The position numbers were made by a program, and so were the translations under genes. A stretch of 64,000 bases of DNA, from positions 5,332,001 through 5,396,000 of the forward strand of contig NC_134029.1 in assembly GCF_964204645.1 (NCBI RefSeq). Reading direction: 5' to 3'. The stretch comes from Tubulanus polymorphus (taxonomy: Eukaryota; Animalia; Nemertea). The notes beneath the pieces are model-generated. The model saw only the letters and a list, made by a program, of their open reading frames with translations. It was not told the DNA's origin and did no database searches. Shown in pieces: positions 34,802-60,500 of this stretch (position 1 is the stretch's first letter; every line of letters begins with the position of its first letter).

Positions 34802-37800
34802 ATGAGTTTGTGGGTGGATAAACACAGGCCGACCAATCTGAAGAAACTAGACTATCACAAGGAACAAGCAGATTTATTCAAAAAGCTGGTAAGTACGAAT
34901 AGAAACTGATTTAATCGATTTTAATGCGCAATTTCTATGCTATTTCCTGGAAATCGGGTTCGAATCCCATTTTTCTAAATTTCGTTCCTTTGGTTTGGCG
35001 TTGCTATATTTATGAACTATAGCTAAGAATGAACCAGTTACATGAACAAAAAAGGTTTTATATGGTTTTAGGTTAGTTCTGGTGATTTCCCACATCTTTT
35101 GGTTTATGGTCCGAGTGGAGCCGGAAAGAAAACAAGGATTATGTGCCTGCTGCGAGAACTATACGGACCCGGTGTCGAAAAACTACGCTTAGAAAATCAC
35201 AACTTTACAACTCCGTCGAAAAAGAAATTAGAAATAACCGCATTAGCGAGTAACCATCATATCGAAGTTAATCCCAGGTAGGCCTTAAAATTTATCTCAA
35301 GAATCAAATAAATCACAACATTTTCTCATTATTTCATGAATATCACTTTTATGACTCATTTAAACCATCTTCCCCCAAGAAGTTAAAATTAAATGGCAGC
35401 AAATTAAATGTTTAGCTTTCACAGTACTATGATATCTGTTTTAAATTTGTTTATGTCAAGTGTAATATTTATTTCAGCGATGTTGGTCACAATGATCGAG
35501 TTGTCATACAGGAAATTCTGAAATCAGTCGCTCAGAACAATCCATTAGACAGTTCTGGCCATAATAACTTTAAAGGTAGGGCTTGCTGTTAATTCAACTT
35601 CTTAATGGCACCATAACTGAAATTCGATAAGATCAAAAGGAGATTCATAGAGTATGTAGACAAAATTTACCAATTTGCAGCCCATCTTGTGTGCGCAATC
35701 TTAAAATTATGTACATGAACATTGGAAGAAGTGGCCAATTTTTTGCTTACATACATAACATGAATGGCCCCAAATGAATTGGAAATGTTCCTTGTCATTA
35801 AAGTTACTATCTGATTATCTGCCACCCTCGGATTTCCGCCCAAATTTTGTTTGAATTTCTGATTACAAAAATTTAGTTCATTTTCAACTCAGTCAGCCAT
35901 CTCTGGCCCGTATCACATATTACAAGTCGAAATAGTGCACGCCACTGATGCCCTGTTTATCTCATATTTATAGTGGTTGTGTTGACAGAAGTCGATCATT
36001 TAAGTAAAGATGCTCAACACGCTTTACGACGCACGATGGAGAAATACATGTCGACTTGTCGCTTAATACTCGTCTGTAATTCAACCAGTAAAGTTATCCC
36101 CGCCATTAAAAGCCGATGTTTAGGAATTCGAGTTCCAGCCCCGACATTCGATGAGGCAAGTGTCCTGAGCTGCCCTAGACCTTGTACCGTATATCAGAGA
36201 GTTTGACTGTTGGAAAGGTTTCCTAGGAAGCAAACGAAATTAACTTCAACGTTTTGTTGTAATTTCATTTTTCAGATCGCCTCAATTCTGCAAGCTACCT
36301 GTAAGAAAGAGAGTTTAACGTTACCGATGGAATTAGCCGAGAAGATTTCCAAACAAAGCAATCGGAATTTACGCCGCGCGCTTCTCATGTGTGAAGCCTG
36401 TAAAGTACAGCAGTAAGTATCTATGTAATTCTGACCTATTCCCTTAAACCTTACTGACCAAAGTTGCAAGTAGGAGGAAAAATCTCATTTGTTATTTTAG
36501 ATATCCGTTTGACGCCGAACAGGATGTTTCTGAACCGGATTGGGAGATATTTCTACGAGAGACCGCTAAACTCATAGTCGAACAACAAACTCCAAAGCGG
36601 TCAGTGTCATTAGCCCACTTGGGACTTTAGTCCCAGCGGGCTATTGCGTTCACTTTTCGTCCGTCGTCCGTCCGTAGACGGAATCCAGTTATTTTGGGAA
36701 GTTTTGAAGACGCTTCAAGGTAATGTCTTGATATTTGGGTTACACATGTATCTACCCTAGACACATCTTCAGCCCAAAAACTGGCCCTGTCAGAATCAAG
36801 ATGGCCGACTAGCAGCCATTGTTGTTCGCCAAAATCAGCACTTTTTACACATTTTTGAACTTTTTGAGGGAAATTTTGAAGACGCTTTGATCAATTACCT
36901 TGGTCTTTCGGATATATGTGAATCCCCCCAGGGCCCATCAACATAACAAAAATTGGGTCGGTCGGACTCGAGATGGCCGTCCTATGACCTTTTTAGTGCC
37001 CAAAAATGTTAATTTTGGCCCGAATTCTGAGTCCTGTAGCTTCCTACTGGTTTGCCATTTCTCATTGCAATTTGTGATGGGTATTCTATGGAAAGGGATG
37101 TTTTATACCTGAGACAGGTATTTTTCATCAGCCAATTATGACGCAATTGGCGGCCATCTTTGTGTCACCAGTACTCATTCGTAAGTGGGAAAAAGTTTTT
37201 CCACATTATATTGATACCTAAGCGTATTTTGATACCACAATCAATTAGAAAGTTGTAGCTCATAATGCTCTATGATTGTGGTGAGTTTCAAGGTAATTGG
37301 ATTTCGTGTATGGCCACCAGGGGGCGTTGAATAATACAATATCTTAGCATTTCTTTATTATATTCGTACCTATGCATATTTTGTAACCACAATCAATTGG
37401 AAAGTTGTAGCTCATGACATCATCTATGATTGTTGCGAGTTTTAAGGACATTAGTTTTTCTATATGGTCACCAGGGGGCGTTGAATAGTAGAATAACTTA
37501 GTATTTCCTTATTATATTGGTACCTAGGCATATTTCGTTACCATGATCAATTGCAAAGTTGTTGTTCATGACATGTTCTATGATTGTGGTGAGTTTCGAG
37601 GTCATTGGGTTTTGAATATGGTCACCAGGGGGCGATGAATAGTAGAATGACTTAGTATTTCCATATTAAATTGGTAACGAGGCATATTTTGTTATCACAA
37701 TCAATTACAAAATCGTAGCTGCTGACATGTTCTATGATTGTGGTGAGTTTCAAGGTCGTTGGTTTTTGTAAATGGTCACCAGGGGGCGTTGAATATTGAA

Positions 37801-38795
37801 ATTGTTAGATTGTTGAGCATTTGAAACCACTTCCCAAGTGGGCATGGTGTCCCTGGACCCCTAGTTTTTGGTTTCCATTCTGTCTTTCTTCCTATGAGCG
37901 GACAACCCACAATGGCTGAAAAACCATAATACATATAAAGCTTATGTTTACTTCTCTGAGCCATTTTTAAAACTGATTCATATGTTTTAGATGAATTGTA
38001 ATGATTAATCAGTTTTGAAAATGGCTCATAGCAGTTATAATAACCTTTATAGCTTTTCATTCAGTTGTTGGTGGGCTTTTCTCTATGTAAGTTTCGTTCT
38101 CATCAAACTCAGGAGTTAGTGCACATGATTCTGTTTTATATTTTTAGATTATTAGAAGTAAGAGGTCGTCTGTATGAATTGTTAACGCATTGTATTCCAC
38201 CTGATGTTATCATAAAGGTAAGTGTGAAACTGAAGAGTTTATTACACCAGAGAAAATATTTCAGTCCCCTAAAACAGGGTGGCCACTTGCCAGGAAATCA
38301 GGGAAAGTCAGGAATTTTCTTTTTTTCTAAAAAGTCAGGGAATATCATAAAAAAAGTTTAAAAGTCAGGGAAATTTGTTGAGATTGCTAGATCACGTGCA
38401 AAATCAAACAGTTTCCGTCTATATTTTATGTATTTGACTATTAATTGATTGGATTGTAAGCTGATCAAGTGAGGGAAAACAACAACGTGCTTGTCGGGAA
38501 TAGTCGGGGATAACGCGCCAACTGTCATTTAAATAAAAGTGGCCATCCTGTTACAACCTCTGACTTATGCATGGTTTACTGTATAAATGCATGTCTCTCA
38601 TTTAAGGGTTTACTGACTGAACTGATTCAGAATTGCGACGGTCAGTTGAAAGCTGAAATCACTCAACACGCCGCATTCTACGAACACAGATTGAACCTCG
38701 GTCAGAAACCGATATTTCACATCGAAGCTTTCGTCGCTAAATTCATGTCAATTTACAAACGCTTCTTGGAAGAAGGATTCGCGGATTTCTTTTGA
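34802..38795 (+). CDS. RFC3: Replication factor C subunit 3 (38 kDa clamp-loader subunit), 355 aa
   Basis: Exons 34802-34888, 35072-35277, 35478-35575, 35974-36155, 36276-36412, 36501-36599, 38148-38217, 38607-38795 (1068 nt). Motifs [108 protein letters not shown] at about 38872. Confidence 0.97.
36610..37868 (+). mobile_element. Helentron-associated non-autonomous element (HINE/DINE-1/pearl-like) in RFC3 intron 6
   Basis: The 5' subterminal IR gcccacttggga (36613-36624) pairs with tcccaagtgggc (37832-37843). Also a 5' hairpin tgggactttagtccca, a (gtcc/gtc) microsatellite at about 36658-36675, central tandem repeats, and a 3' stem-loop gtcc-ct-ggac followed by ctag and a T-run. Confidence 0.8.
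37205..37795 (+). repeat. 154-bp tandem repeat, about 4 diverged copies, inside the HINE
   Basis: The anchor caccagggggcg recurs at 37315, 37469, 37623 and 37777 (exact 154-bp period). ctatgattgt..gagttt and acaatcaatt motifs recur in step. Confidence 0.9.
38275..38550. mobile_element. cagggtggccac-type MITE (hAT-like ends) in RFC3 intron 7
   Basis: Ends cagggtggccact / agtggccatcctg with internal tcagggaa repeats. The interior matches 4358-4600 in inverted orientation (gagattgctagat...aaaatc...cagttt.agtcta). Confidence 0.65.
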
Positions 38796-39053
38796 ATATC
38801 ATCCCCACATCATTTTCTAACTGCATTTATATGAAAACGCTGTAGCTTGCGGTGCTTTTTCATTTATGAGAAATAAATATCGTATTTTCCATATATAATA
38901 TTTCCTATCCTTTTTGATTTGATTGGCATGACATAACTGAGCAGACCCCTTTCTCAAATCAATTGCTACCAGTTATTTTTGTTCGAGTAAGACAATGGAA
39001 TTTAATTCGCATTATGCCACGATGGTTCCAAAAGATAAGTGATCGAGCAATTG

Positions 39054-39140
39054 AGTTAAGAGGAGTTTACTGCTGTATCAACCTAGCTAAGAGGAGTCTA
39101 CTGCTGTAGAAATCGAGTTAAGAGGAGTTAACTGCTGTAA
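39054..39140. repeat. 31-bp tandem repeat, 3 copies, between the RFC3 and VEGFR 3' ends
   Basis: taagaggagt(tt/ct/ta)actgctgta occurs three times at 31-bp spacing. Confidence 0.8.
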
Positions 39141-41260
39141 CTATTGGCTGCGCTGTGCTGTGTGAATAGAACCAAGGTGTTAGTGCTCACTGCTGAGTAA
39201 AATTTTGAACGAACCCAATTATTTTCTGATTTAGTCCATTCCAGGATTTAGAACGGACTTACTTTGATTGGTTCTTTAGGCCGGTCAACTTACATCGGAT
39301 GTTTAGCTTCTTTTCTGCTGCGTTCAACGGCTCCCATCATAGTCAAGACCTATCCATAACAATACACAAATGATCAACAGCAAGATGAAAATCGTCTTTG
39401 AGAGATTTTCAAAAAGATAACGCAAATGTAGTTTATCTTAATAGCACCATTGTTGGTTTATTTCATGTACAATACAATTGTAATAATATAATATATACTA
39501 CAAATATGAACAAAATAATTGAAAGGAAAAAAATATTTATGCAAAATGAAAATAAATTCTACTTTGATGAGATTCGAGTGAGCTTTTTTCACTGTGTGTT
39601 GATCAATTTACGCAGTAGCTGAATACAGGCAGTTCATTATACTAAATAAATACATGTTTACATATAATTAACATTTTCAACTGTTTTTTGTCATTAACCT
39701 GCTTCCAGTTTCCAATAGATAATATTAGATTCTATTATTAGTGATAATATATTCTTCTTTTGTACAAGAGACATTCGCAGTCCTAAATGCACAAGATTGC
39801 TCCAGATAACGCTCACCTTTGCCAGCCAGTTCCCGGAAAAACTACTGTTTTACTCGTGATGGATTGGCTATTGAATTATTATTTGTTATCTTATATATAA
39901 CTAAAAACATCACAAGGCAACTGCTGTCTATGTGTACAGAGTCCTTCAATTCTGTTAGTTGGCATCTAGTATAGTACAATATAATTGAAAAGTTTAAGTG
40001 TCAGGATAATTAGAACTGGCCTAAAAGAATTTCAAAAGAGATGAACATGATACCAATGAAATCTTAGATAGCCTACATACAAAGGTAAATGAACATTATA
40101 TCTAGCTGAAAAATAACTTTTTGAGCAAAATACAAAAACTTAGACCTTGGACTGGAGAATACGCACGAATGTGTTAGCCCTGTCTCAATAAATAAATGTT
40201 ATTTTTACTAAAATAAAGTGTATGCTTTTACATTCAAAAGGGCAGTTTACGTTTAAAAAAAAAAACTCATGTCATTTATATTTTCAAGGCCTGGTTTCAC
40301 AAAAGACGTTTATTGTGAAATTTTAAGTGTCAAAAACAGGCCTAAAACAAGATAAAGCATTGTCCAACATTGAAAAACATGAGATTAATAAACTGATGTA
40401 ATAAACATTTTAAGGAATAAATATATACATGGCCTTCATTTTGTTATGGAAATTATCTTCAATTTGAAGCACAACATCCAATGACAGCTATATCTCATGC
40501 ATATAAATTAAGTACTAATTTCTAACAGACTCATGAAAACATGATTTTTTTTCTGTACTACTGGCCTGCATTTCAAAGCAGTTTGAAAATAATATTTGTT
40601 AGCCAAAATTGCCGAATATCAAAGTTCTTCTGAAGTAAAACTAAAAGGTGACAAAATACTGAACTGAAAAGGCCAATAATTCAGACATAACAGAAACAAT
40701 ACTTTCAAAACATGAAACAATGCCCCATCAGCAGAATATCTAATTCTCAAGTAGGAATCCAGCAGTCTTCAAGTAAAACAGTATAGATTTTTGATAGAAT
40801 CTTCACAGGTAAGTTCAAACACTAACAACCTATTAATGACTGATGAAATAAATGAAATTTTTATGTTAACAAATATAAAATGTATACAAAATTATTGTCA
40901 TCGCCTTTCCATATCACTGCTTCATGAAATACATTAAGGCATTATGATAGGGCTTAAGTGTCTTGATCTAGAGGGCAGTTTTCAGTACATGTACAATCTA
41001 CATTTTAAACGAAGACAAACTGACTGAGTATCACCTTATAAGCCAAGCGGTTTACCATAGGCATTTGCAATACCTTGTTGTTTAAAAAACAGCAGTATCA
41101 TTCAATCAGTTTTAATCTCTCATTGTTTCTAAAACCAGTATTCAACAAATAATTCATCATCAATGATTGTAAAACTTTTTCTTTCATAACATAAAATAAA
41201 ACTATCAACAGTATTCATCGTCATTAAATGCATAAGTTGCACATGAAATTATAATAGTTT

Positions 41261-52706
<11,446 letters not shown>

Positions 52707-55700
52707 CTGAAAGAAAAATGATGCGAAACAAACTGATGTCTTATTCGTTTATTAATAAGCATTTCACCTGATAAAAACACAGCGCCTATCAATGTCTATG
52801 CAAATAGTTACGTTAATTTCTCCTGTTTTTCAGTTAAACTATTTCTACAAGTATTTGTCTAAACATGCCATTTATGTTGCTTTAGCTTTCGCCCCAGGGG
52901 GTAAAAACATTACTGAAATTTTCGCCAGTGAGGTAGTTCCCACTAAACGGGTTGTTATCTCAGCTCCTGTGTGTGCTGTGTGTTGCAGCCCTGATAAGAA
53001 TATACGTATGCTTTTTGTTTTTATTCTGATGTGTCAACTTTAAAAGCCTAGATTTGAGTATTCAGGTGCTAAGAAAGCGTGTAGTGTGTGAGAAAGAGAG
53101 GAAGAATAACACTTTATATGAGATGGATTTCAGCACTACACACACAACATCGTTCTCATAAGCCGCGTTCTAGTTAGTCTGTCCTTAGTACATTTTCATT
53201 AGACATGTGCCCGGAATGGACTAAATCAATGTTATATACATTCACATGCATCGCTGTTATGGGACAAATTTTCTATCCACACACTGTGGAAATAGTCCAA
53301 TCTAAAATTCAAAACCGACCTGGATCGGTCATTTTGGGCAGTCTACGGCTCCATTCTAAAATGAAACGGAAGTACGAATGCTCTAATGTAGCCTAAATAG
53401 TGGCTGTGTAATTCAACAAGCATGAAATTCATGACTTACTCAAACAACACTGAATAGGGGAAAGGATGTGGCAGTTGCAAGTAGTCATCACTTGATAAAC
53501 AGTGTTTGTTTGATGGTCACATCGGGGTAAAGAAATATTAATCCTTAACAGATCGATGATAAAAAACTCACTTGGCTCGATCTAAGATTTCAAAAACAAG
53601 TGATGTAGAAATTATACATTAGGCCTATAGTAAAAGTAAAGAAAAGAATCCTGCCCGACAATAATGGATTTAGCTGCAGTGGAAAAGGCCGGCTAATTTA
53701 AATACTATAAGAGGCCTACATTGGAGGCATGAACTTTAGAAAACAAACACAAAAAACACACAAGCCCCGAATTGCTGTTGATACAGTGGCAAATTATGAT
53801 ATTAATACTATGGAAATGAGGTCATATCTAATAACAAGGCTGCATATTAGGAACATATTAATTAAGACATGCATTTCACTATATAGAGCATATCTAGTCC
53901 GTAGTTTCCATACGCCGCTGTACTGTATTACAGATCTGATACAAACGAATATTCACTGATTGATAATGAGTTTAATTATTCGGCTTAGATTTTTGGACCC
54001 AGTTTTCACCGATGCTACAACTATTGTGGTGAATTACCTCCAAAACCTAGAACGGGGGAGGGTGCCGATCTAAAAGAAAACGTTGAACAACAGAAAAACC
54101 TGGTTCTATTTATTCTGATGTATATTCTTCATATTTCATCAGATGAATAAACAACGAGTTTGAAAATGTTTCAAACCTTAAGCAAATCTTCCATTTTTTC
54201 GAAGCAGGTTTTATTTATTCTACGACTAAAGTCAAGTGGACTCAGAAAGTTTCTGGCTCGATCTACACGGTGTATACACCTGCAATAAAGTTGAAATTCT
54301 CTCTCGTTCGAAACCGATCAGAAACCCAGATGTTTCTCTCTGCAACCTTCAGAGATTGGTACAACAAACTACATCAACTCATAACATACATCCCAACATT
54401 CCATCTGTTTACTCTTCGCTATAATTTTCAGCGCTCTCCAATCCACAATACCCTTAATCATTATTTTGTGCGGTTTACCAATATTTACGGGCAAATAAAA
54501 AACAAGTTGGGTCTCCCCCCATATCACATCATTTCAATGACCATATTTGATTCGTAACATGCAGAAATTTTCTTCTAAACCGAGCATAGAGGGGTCACCG
54601 GTTCAAATCTCGTAATGGTAAAAATATGCCGGATAGCATCGTGATGCAGATCACTGACGTAGGTCTAACCACTGATCTCACCAATGATTCAACTTAAAAT
54701 CGACATCAAAATTTCGTTATTCATCTGCATGAAGATGATGATAATGAAGCACATTATAAGCAGATGGCATTCTCTTATAACGAAGCATTTCTTCTGAAAA
54801 CTGAATACAATTTAAACGACTGCATTTCTTGGCAACTTACTGATCATTTCAAAGATAGCAAAAGATTTTGAAAGATAACGAGTTCAATGTAGAAAGATGA
54901 TACTATAGTCTCTGAGAAATGATTGGCATATAAGAAATAAAGTGACCTACGAAATGAAAGAAAGGGCTTCACATTGAATACGGGCGTTGGCTAGTGTTCC
55001 GTGCACTGCCACAAAAATTCGCAAACGTAACGAAGCATGTATATCTAACTAGACCAGCTTCCTGGCTCTGCTACACACGCATGTACACCGCACTTACTGG
55101 CATTCTTTTTCTAATAAACAACTCTTTAAAAGGCCATCACGCAGCAATCAATCAGAATTGTAAGTCATCACTGCTATGAAAACACTTTATTACCATGTGT
55201 CAAGAGTTTAAGACATACAAATCCCAAAATCTTTCTTGAAAACTATAGAATCTTTAAAAGTCCATGTAATGCTTTTGTATTTTTTGAGCTTGTTTGTATG
55301 TTTTCAATGGAAACACTCATTGTCAGGTGCAGCAGATTCCAACTGCTATCGTTACTCCAAGGTTTGGGATGACTGGTCAATTTCTTGGTCAATGCAATCT
55401 TCAAAATACATTTTCTCGTCTTTAGTAGCTCTCTGGCTAGCAACAAAAAGGAATTTTTTTCATGAACTCGGCAACTGAATCTAGGTTTACGCTATATAGT
55501 ATTAAAATATGACTTCAGGGCTGTTTTGGATTAAATATGAATGCCCTTATTTTGGAACGTGTATACGCAGACGCCATTCATGCTGAAAATTACGGTATTC
55601 TTTATGATTATTTGATATAAACGAAATACGGATTTTTATTTCCGTCAATGACGTTTAGTCACACCTATACGGCCATGAATATACACATAACTGCATTGAA

Positions 55701-57341
55701 ATTAGACACTCTTGTACGATCTATTTATGTAAGAGTGTAGGCCTATGTTAGTTATATATTTCTTCTAAGTATTTCCTGCTAAAGAACTCAAAACTGTTCA
55801 TCAGTAAGCTATATATTTCAAGTCCATCTTATATCTCACAATTCGGCAAAAAATTTGGTTTTTTGAACAAATTTCGGTATCTGGTCACACTTTAGATATA
55901 CCGTTTCGTCACAGCTGAAATATTAACCTGACTTTAAAAAAAACAATTGGGCATTCAAGGAAAATGAAGCGAGATCTGAATTTTGAGATTGCGTCGGTGA
56001 GATAATAGGGTTTGATGGATAAGGTTTAATAGGGAAGACGCCTCTGCGATGACCTTTTCAACCACACCTTATATCAAACAGCTTTCTAGACTAAGGAGTG
56101 CATGCGAACACCTTTATAGGACTAGATTGTTAAAAACATGTCACCTCCCCTGACGCGTCTGACCAATGGAGTCGAAATATGACCCCGAGAATTTCCGAGT
56201 CCGACGAGAAGGCGCGTGGAGAGGACTATGAATATTCGCGGCAAAAACCTAGCTATACGAGATATTCTCAACATGAACGCCGCGATATTTGACTAATTCC
56301 AGTCGACGGTACTTGTAACCGGTGCAATATTGTTTGACTAGCGACGTTTATCGGCCACTTTCCGACGACGCATACAAGAGAGTAAACTGAACAATCCCTG
56401 TTGCCTCTTCAACAGTAATAGCACCAGCGAAAGCCGTTTTGTCACAGGAACCGCAACGACCAACTTACGATAAAACTCAACAAGTCATCGGTGGTTTTAT
56501 GCCCTGTGTGAATAATCTAGGTCAGACGCATTCATACTCATTTTTTCCGCTATATTTCATTGAGTCATATGGATCTAGTAACTTTTCAATTTGGTCTGAA
56601 CGTGTCTTGAGGTTCATAGAATACGAAAAAAATGCCATGTTGTTGAATAAAATATTTGGGTGAATAGGGACCAGCGAGTGGTACCAGCCAGGTCTTTCCA
56701 TACACTGGTATCATCAATACAAGAGAGAGAGAGAGAGGTTTATAATGGCCTGAGTGGTACTCAAAGGGTGATGAGGGATAGAGAAATGAGGAAATAATAA
56801 TCACATCTGATATACTTAGATTTTGTAATTGTTTAATAATTCAAGCGATTATACCAATAATAGCAGTAATCAGCATTCAGTCGTAACTGGTCAAGTGTTG
56901 ACTCAATATCGGCTTGTATAGGGGCGAGTTTTAATAGCGTGACCATCGCGGTTCCGAGAATAAACATCAGATCGCTGTATGATATATTTAGTTAGGAGAC
57001 AGTAATTGCTGGAATAATTTGATATTAATTTCATAATAAGCGGCAACGTAATGGAACGGTAGATGACGGAACGATCGAACGCAAACACACAACTCTACCA
57101 TCAATACCAACACGAGCTTAAACTGCTTCTATATTTATACCCGCCTCAAATACGGTTTCAATTTAATCATTATTTACCTTTTTTTCGTTTACTTTGCCTT
57201 CGCAAATCGAATTAACTCATTGCTTTCCCCTGACAGCAGATAGTTAGACTAGCTGCAGTTCAGTCAGAAAGCATTCAACGGATATCAACCACTTTCATTT
57301 CACGAAGGTTTTGCACAACAGGGAATCTAAGCGAGGAATCA

Positions 57342-57575
57342 AACTGGGACCAATCCTTGTACAATTGGGAATTGTACAACTGGGACCAATCCTAGTAATA
57401 TTGGGAGTTGTACAACTGGGACCAATCCTTGTAAAATTGGGAGTTTTACAACTGGGACCAATCCTAGTACAATTGGAAGTTGTACAACTGGGACCAATCC
57501 TTGTACAATTGGGAGCTGTACAACTAGGGTCAATCCCTGTACAATTGGGAGTAGTACAACTGGGACCAATCCTTG
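57342..57575. repeat. 36-bp minisatellite, about 6.5 copies
   Basis: Unit aactgggaccaatccttgtacaattgggagttgtac; ctgggacc occurs at 57344, 57380, 57416 and so on. Confidence 0.92.
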
Positions 57576-60500
57576 GATATGGGAATTTCACAACTGAGAC
57601 AAATCATCGCAAAAATGGAAATGGGCCAACTGGGAAGCACTGAAGCAGAATTGTCTAAGAAGAAAAGGAGCTGTAGACAGAAATATTGCTCGTACTATTT
57701 TGGCCTATTTTTTCATTCGACGATTGAAAATTCGATTAGACTCCAGAAATGAAATTACACTCGAGAATCTTCGCATCGTTTGTTCAGTTCTATTTCTCAC
57801 CACTGAACATATTTCACTCGCGGAAAAGATTTGTGGTAAATGGATGTTTGCAGAACACTTCGCCACCGAATTGAACGATATACATTCGCAAAGTCTGCAG
57901 TCGGAAGATAACTGGAGTGGCTGAACGCGTACACAAACAGTTGAAAATAGGAGGAACAAGCGGTCCAGGGGTGAAACACGCAATCAAACGTTTCGAAGCT
58001 GAAATAAATCCAGGAATCCGCAACAAATACGTAAACACGCTTTATTTCTAGAAATCCTATACTACGCTCATGCTAGCATTACCATCAGGATAAACCAAAT
58101 CGTTGACCCCGCAAGAACCCTTCTATTAGGGGTCTGTAAATATCATCATTCCTGTCAAATAAGAAGTTGAACCAATGATATTCTACAGCTTTCATCGATT
58201 CCCTAAAAAAATGAATAATCATAAAATTTTTGACCCACTGTTTATGGCCCCCTACAGTCAAACTAGCAGGCTGCGTTCTGACAGAAATCCAGTTCCTTAT
58301 TCTGCCCAGCCGAGTTACCATATAATCCATTCCTCTCTTCATATCGATAACTGAAGCTGGCTATGAGAACCAGTTTCCACATAAGATGAAGTGAAAATAT
58401 TTTTCCATCAAGTTCACGGCAATGGCTCTACGTATGATAAGCGAAGGTAGAATAAAATATGAAATATGCTCGAGCGAGCGAATGGGGAGCCACAAATCAC
58501 GAAGGCTTTCAAACGAAAGATGCCTAATGAGATTCTTAAATGTTCCGTTTTATCATGCGAGATGATTGATTAAAATACGGTACGTGAAAATTAATATGCG
58601 CGAAAAACCTATTAAACTATTTCATATCTGAATACGCCGATATCAGAGCTTTACAAGACACGCGGTTTAATTATCAAGATGATTACGGAAAAATTGCGTA
58701 GGTGTAGTTGAGCGTCGAAATGCCATGAAGCATATCAAAAACATGTCAAGAAGTCTGTCATGAAAGAACATCGACTGATTTCCGGGTAAGCGCACCAAGT
58801 GGATCCTCCATTGCCACAGCGGTATTTACAACAGATGTTTTGATTTAAGCAACACAATCAACACAGATCGAATCATAATGTTTTTTGTTATTCGGCAACA
58901 ACTCGTATCAACACAGATCAAATCGTTCATTTAATCAAGTAATGCGATTTGCTAACAACATCCATTTATTGAATCAAAGCGTCAACGCGAGTACCCGCCG
59001 AGGTCAAATCTCCCCTCGCGGTGCTTAAATTCGATTTGCAAGATAGCGCCTGTGACAGTAGCGATTGTCGATAGTTCAAAAACAAAATGGCTGCTTTTTC
59101 AAACGCAGACAATTCAGGTTACACGGGTCTATAGAGGGTAGCGTCATTTATTTATAAGATGATTCAAATTTGTACCATGTGGTAGCAATCAATGGAGCGA
59201 AGTGATTTTATACGAGTTGTTTAAATAATAACACCTAACATATAAGCAGCAATCACCCAGAGTGAAACTGGCCCAGTCTACAGAATGGGTGCCTGATTGG
59301 AGAAGGCATTCACATGCAAAATCACTCGCGCAAATTACCCCGATGCTATCAAATAATGCTATTGCAAGTGAGGTGAGCCACTTCCAGTACATTTTGCATT
59401 CACGCAGAATAATTTGACCCATACAACAATTTAGCACCAGTCGGCACCAGATCAGCATCAATATCGTGGCAAGTTACTTTTTGGTAACGTCACTGAATTT
59501 CAGAATTTTCAGAATAGCTTATATACAGACGGGTCAGTGAGTCGGTATATGATTTTAAACCAACACAAAAATCTTGCTTTAAAGGTTCATATGACATCAT
59601 AGCTTCTTGGCAATTGCCAAACATCCATTGTAGTGTCTTGGCAATTTCCGAACATCTATCGCTCCATCGGCGGATTTTCCACCATGATCTTATATAAATA
59701 GAATCGGTTTCCAACAAACAACATTAATTCACTGTCGGTTACTTTTCATATATTAGATTTATTTTGAAAACAACATGTAATTCGTTTTACGACGACGGCA
59801 ACAACAAACTCGTTGCCGCGGAAACGAATTACGATCAATTGCGGGGAGCGCCGGCGTGGTCGTTATGATGAGGTGGCCACCGCCCAGACGGACGTAAATG
59901 AATCTCCATTCATGTTCATGCATATCCAGTAATGAGTTAACAGATATGTCTCGTGTATATTCATGTGGATTCGTGTTGTTATCTGCGTCCGAATCGGTAA
60001 TTTCAGATCGCGCCGGTCCTTCGTTGTGAAGATGAAGCCGCTAATGAATGACCAGCACGATATCCGTGCTCGGTACATCTATTTCAATATAAATACGACA
60101 TTCAAATGTCATCGGCGTATAAACCGGCTTGTAACGAGACGTTGATCTAACACAGATACCTACCGCAATCAATTCCACAAGATTCCGTTTATATAACAAT
60201 CCATTGCATATGATTTATGTAAGCAATTTCGAAGGATAGCTCCCTCGATAAACGTATTGAGGCATGGATTTCCTCGATGCCAATGTCAAATCGAAGACCG
60301 GTATCGGGATGGAGAATGTGAAATACCGGGTGTATCAATTCGTGGTTGAATAGTAAGAAAAATGGTATGCAATAATTTCAATTTCATGAAGGGTTAAAAT
60401 GACAACTTATAGGTCGATTACTAAAAAAAAAAATCTTGTCCATGAAATGAGTCTACAAGTCAAACAGATTTCTATGGACTGATTTTTACTAGGGCTACAC

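Noticed and set aside
53440-53581. Two 10-nt AG/GT-bounded segments on the minus strand
   Set aside because: They do not preserve frame and have no supporting context; probably chance.
57295-57643. Repetitive ORFs on both strands (TRIGPSCTTPNC, VQLGPIL repeats)
   Set aside because: A by-product of the stop-free 36-bp minisatellite; no splice or homology support.
59189-59461. Hydrophobic ORF considered as the VEGFR signal-peptide exon
   Set aside because: The available donor (GGG|gtaatt) is phase 0, whereas phase 1 is required, and the signal-peptide character is weak.
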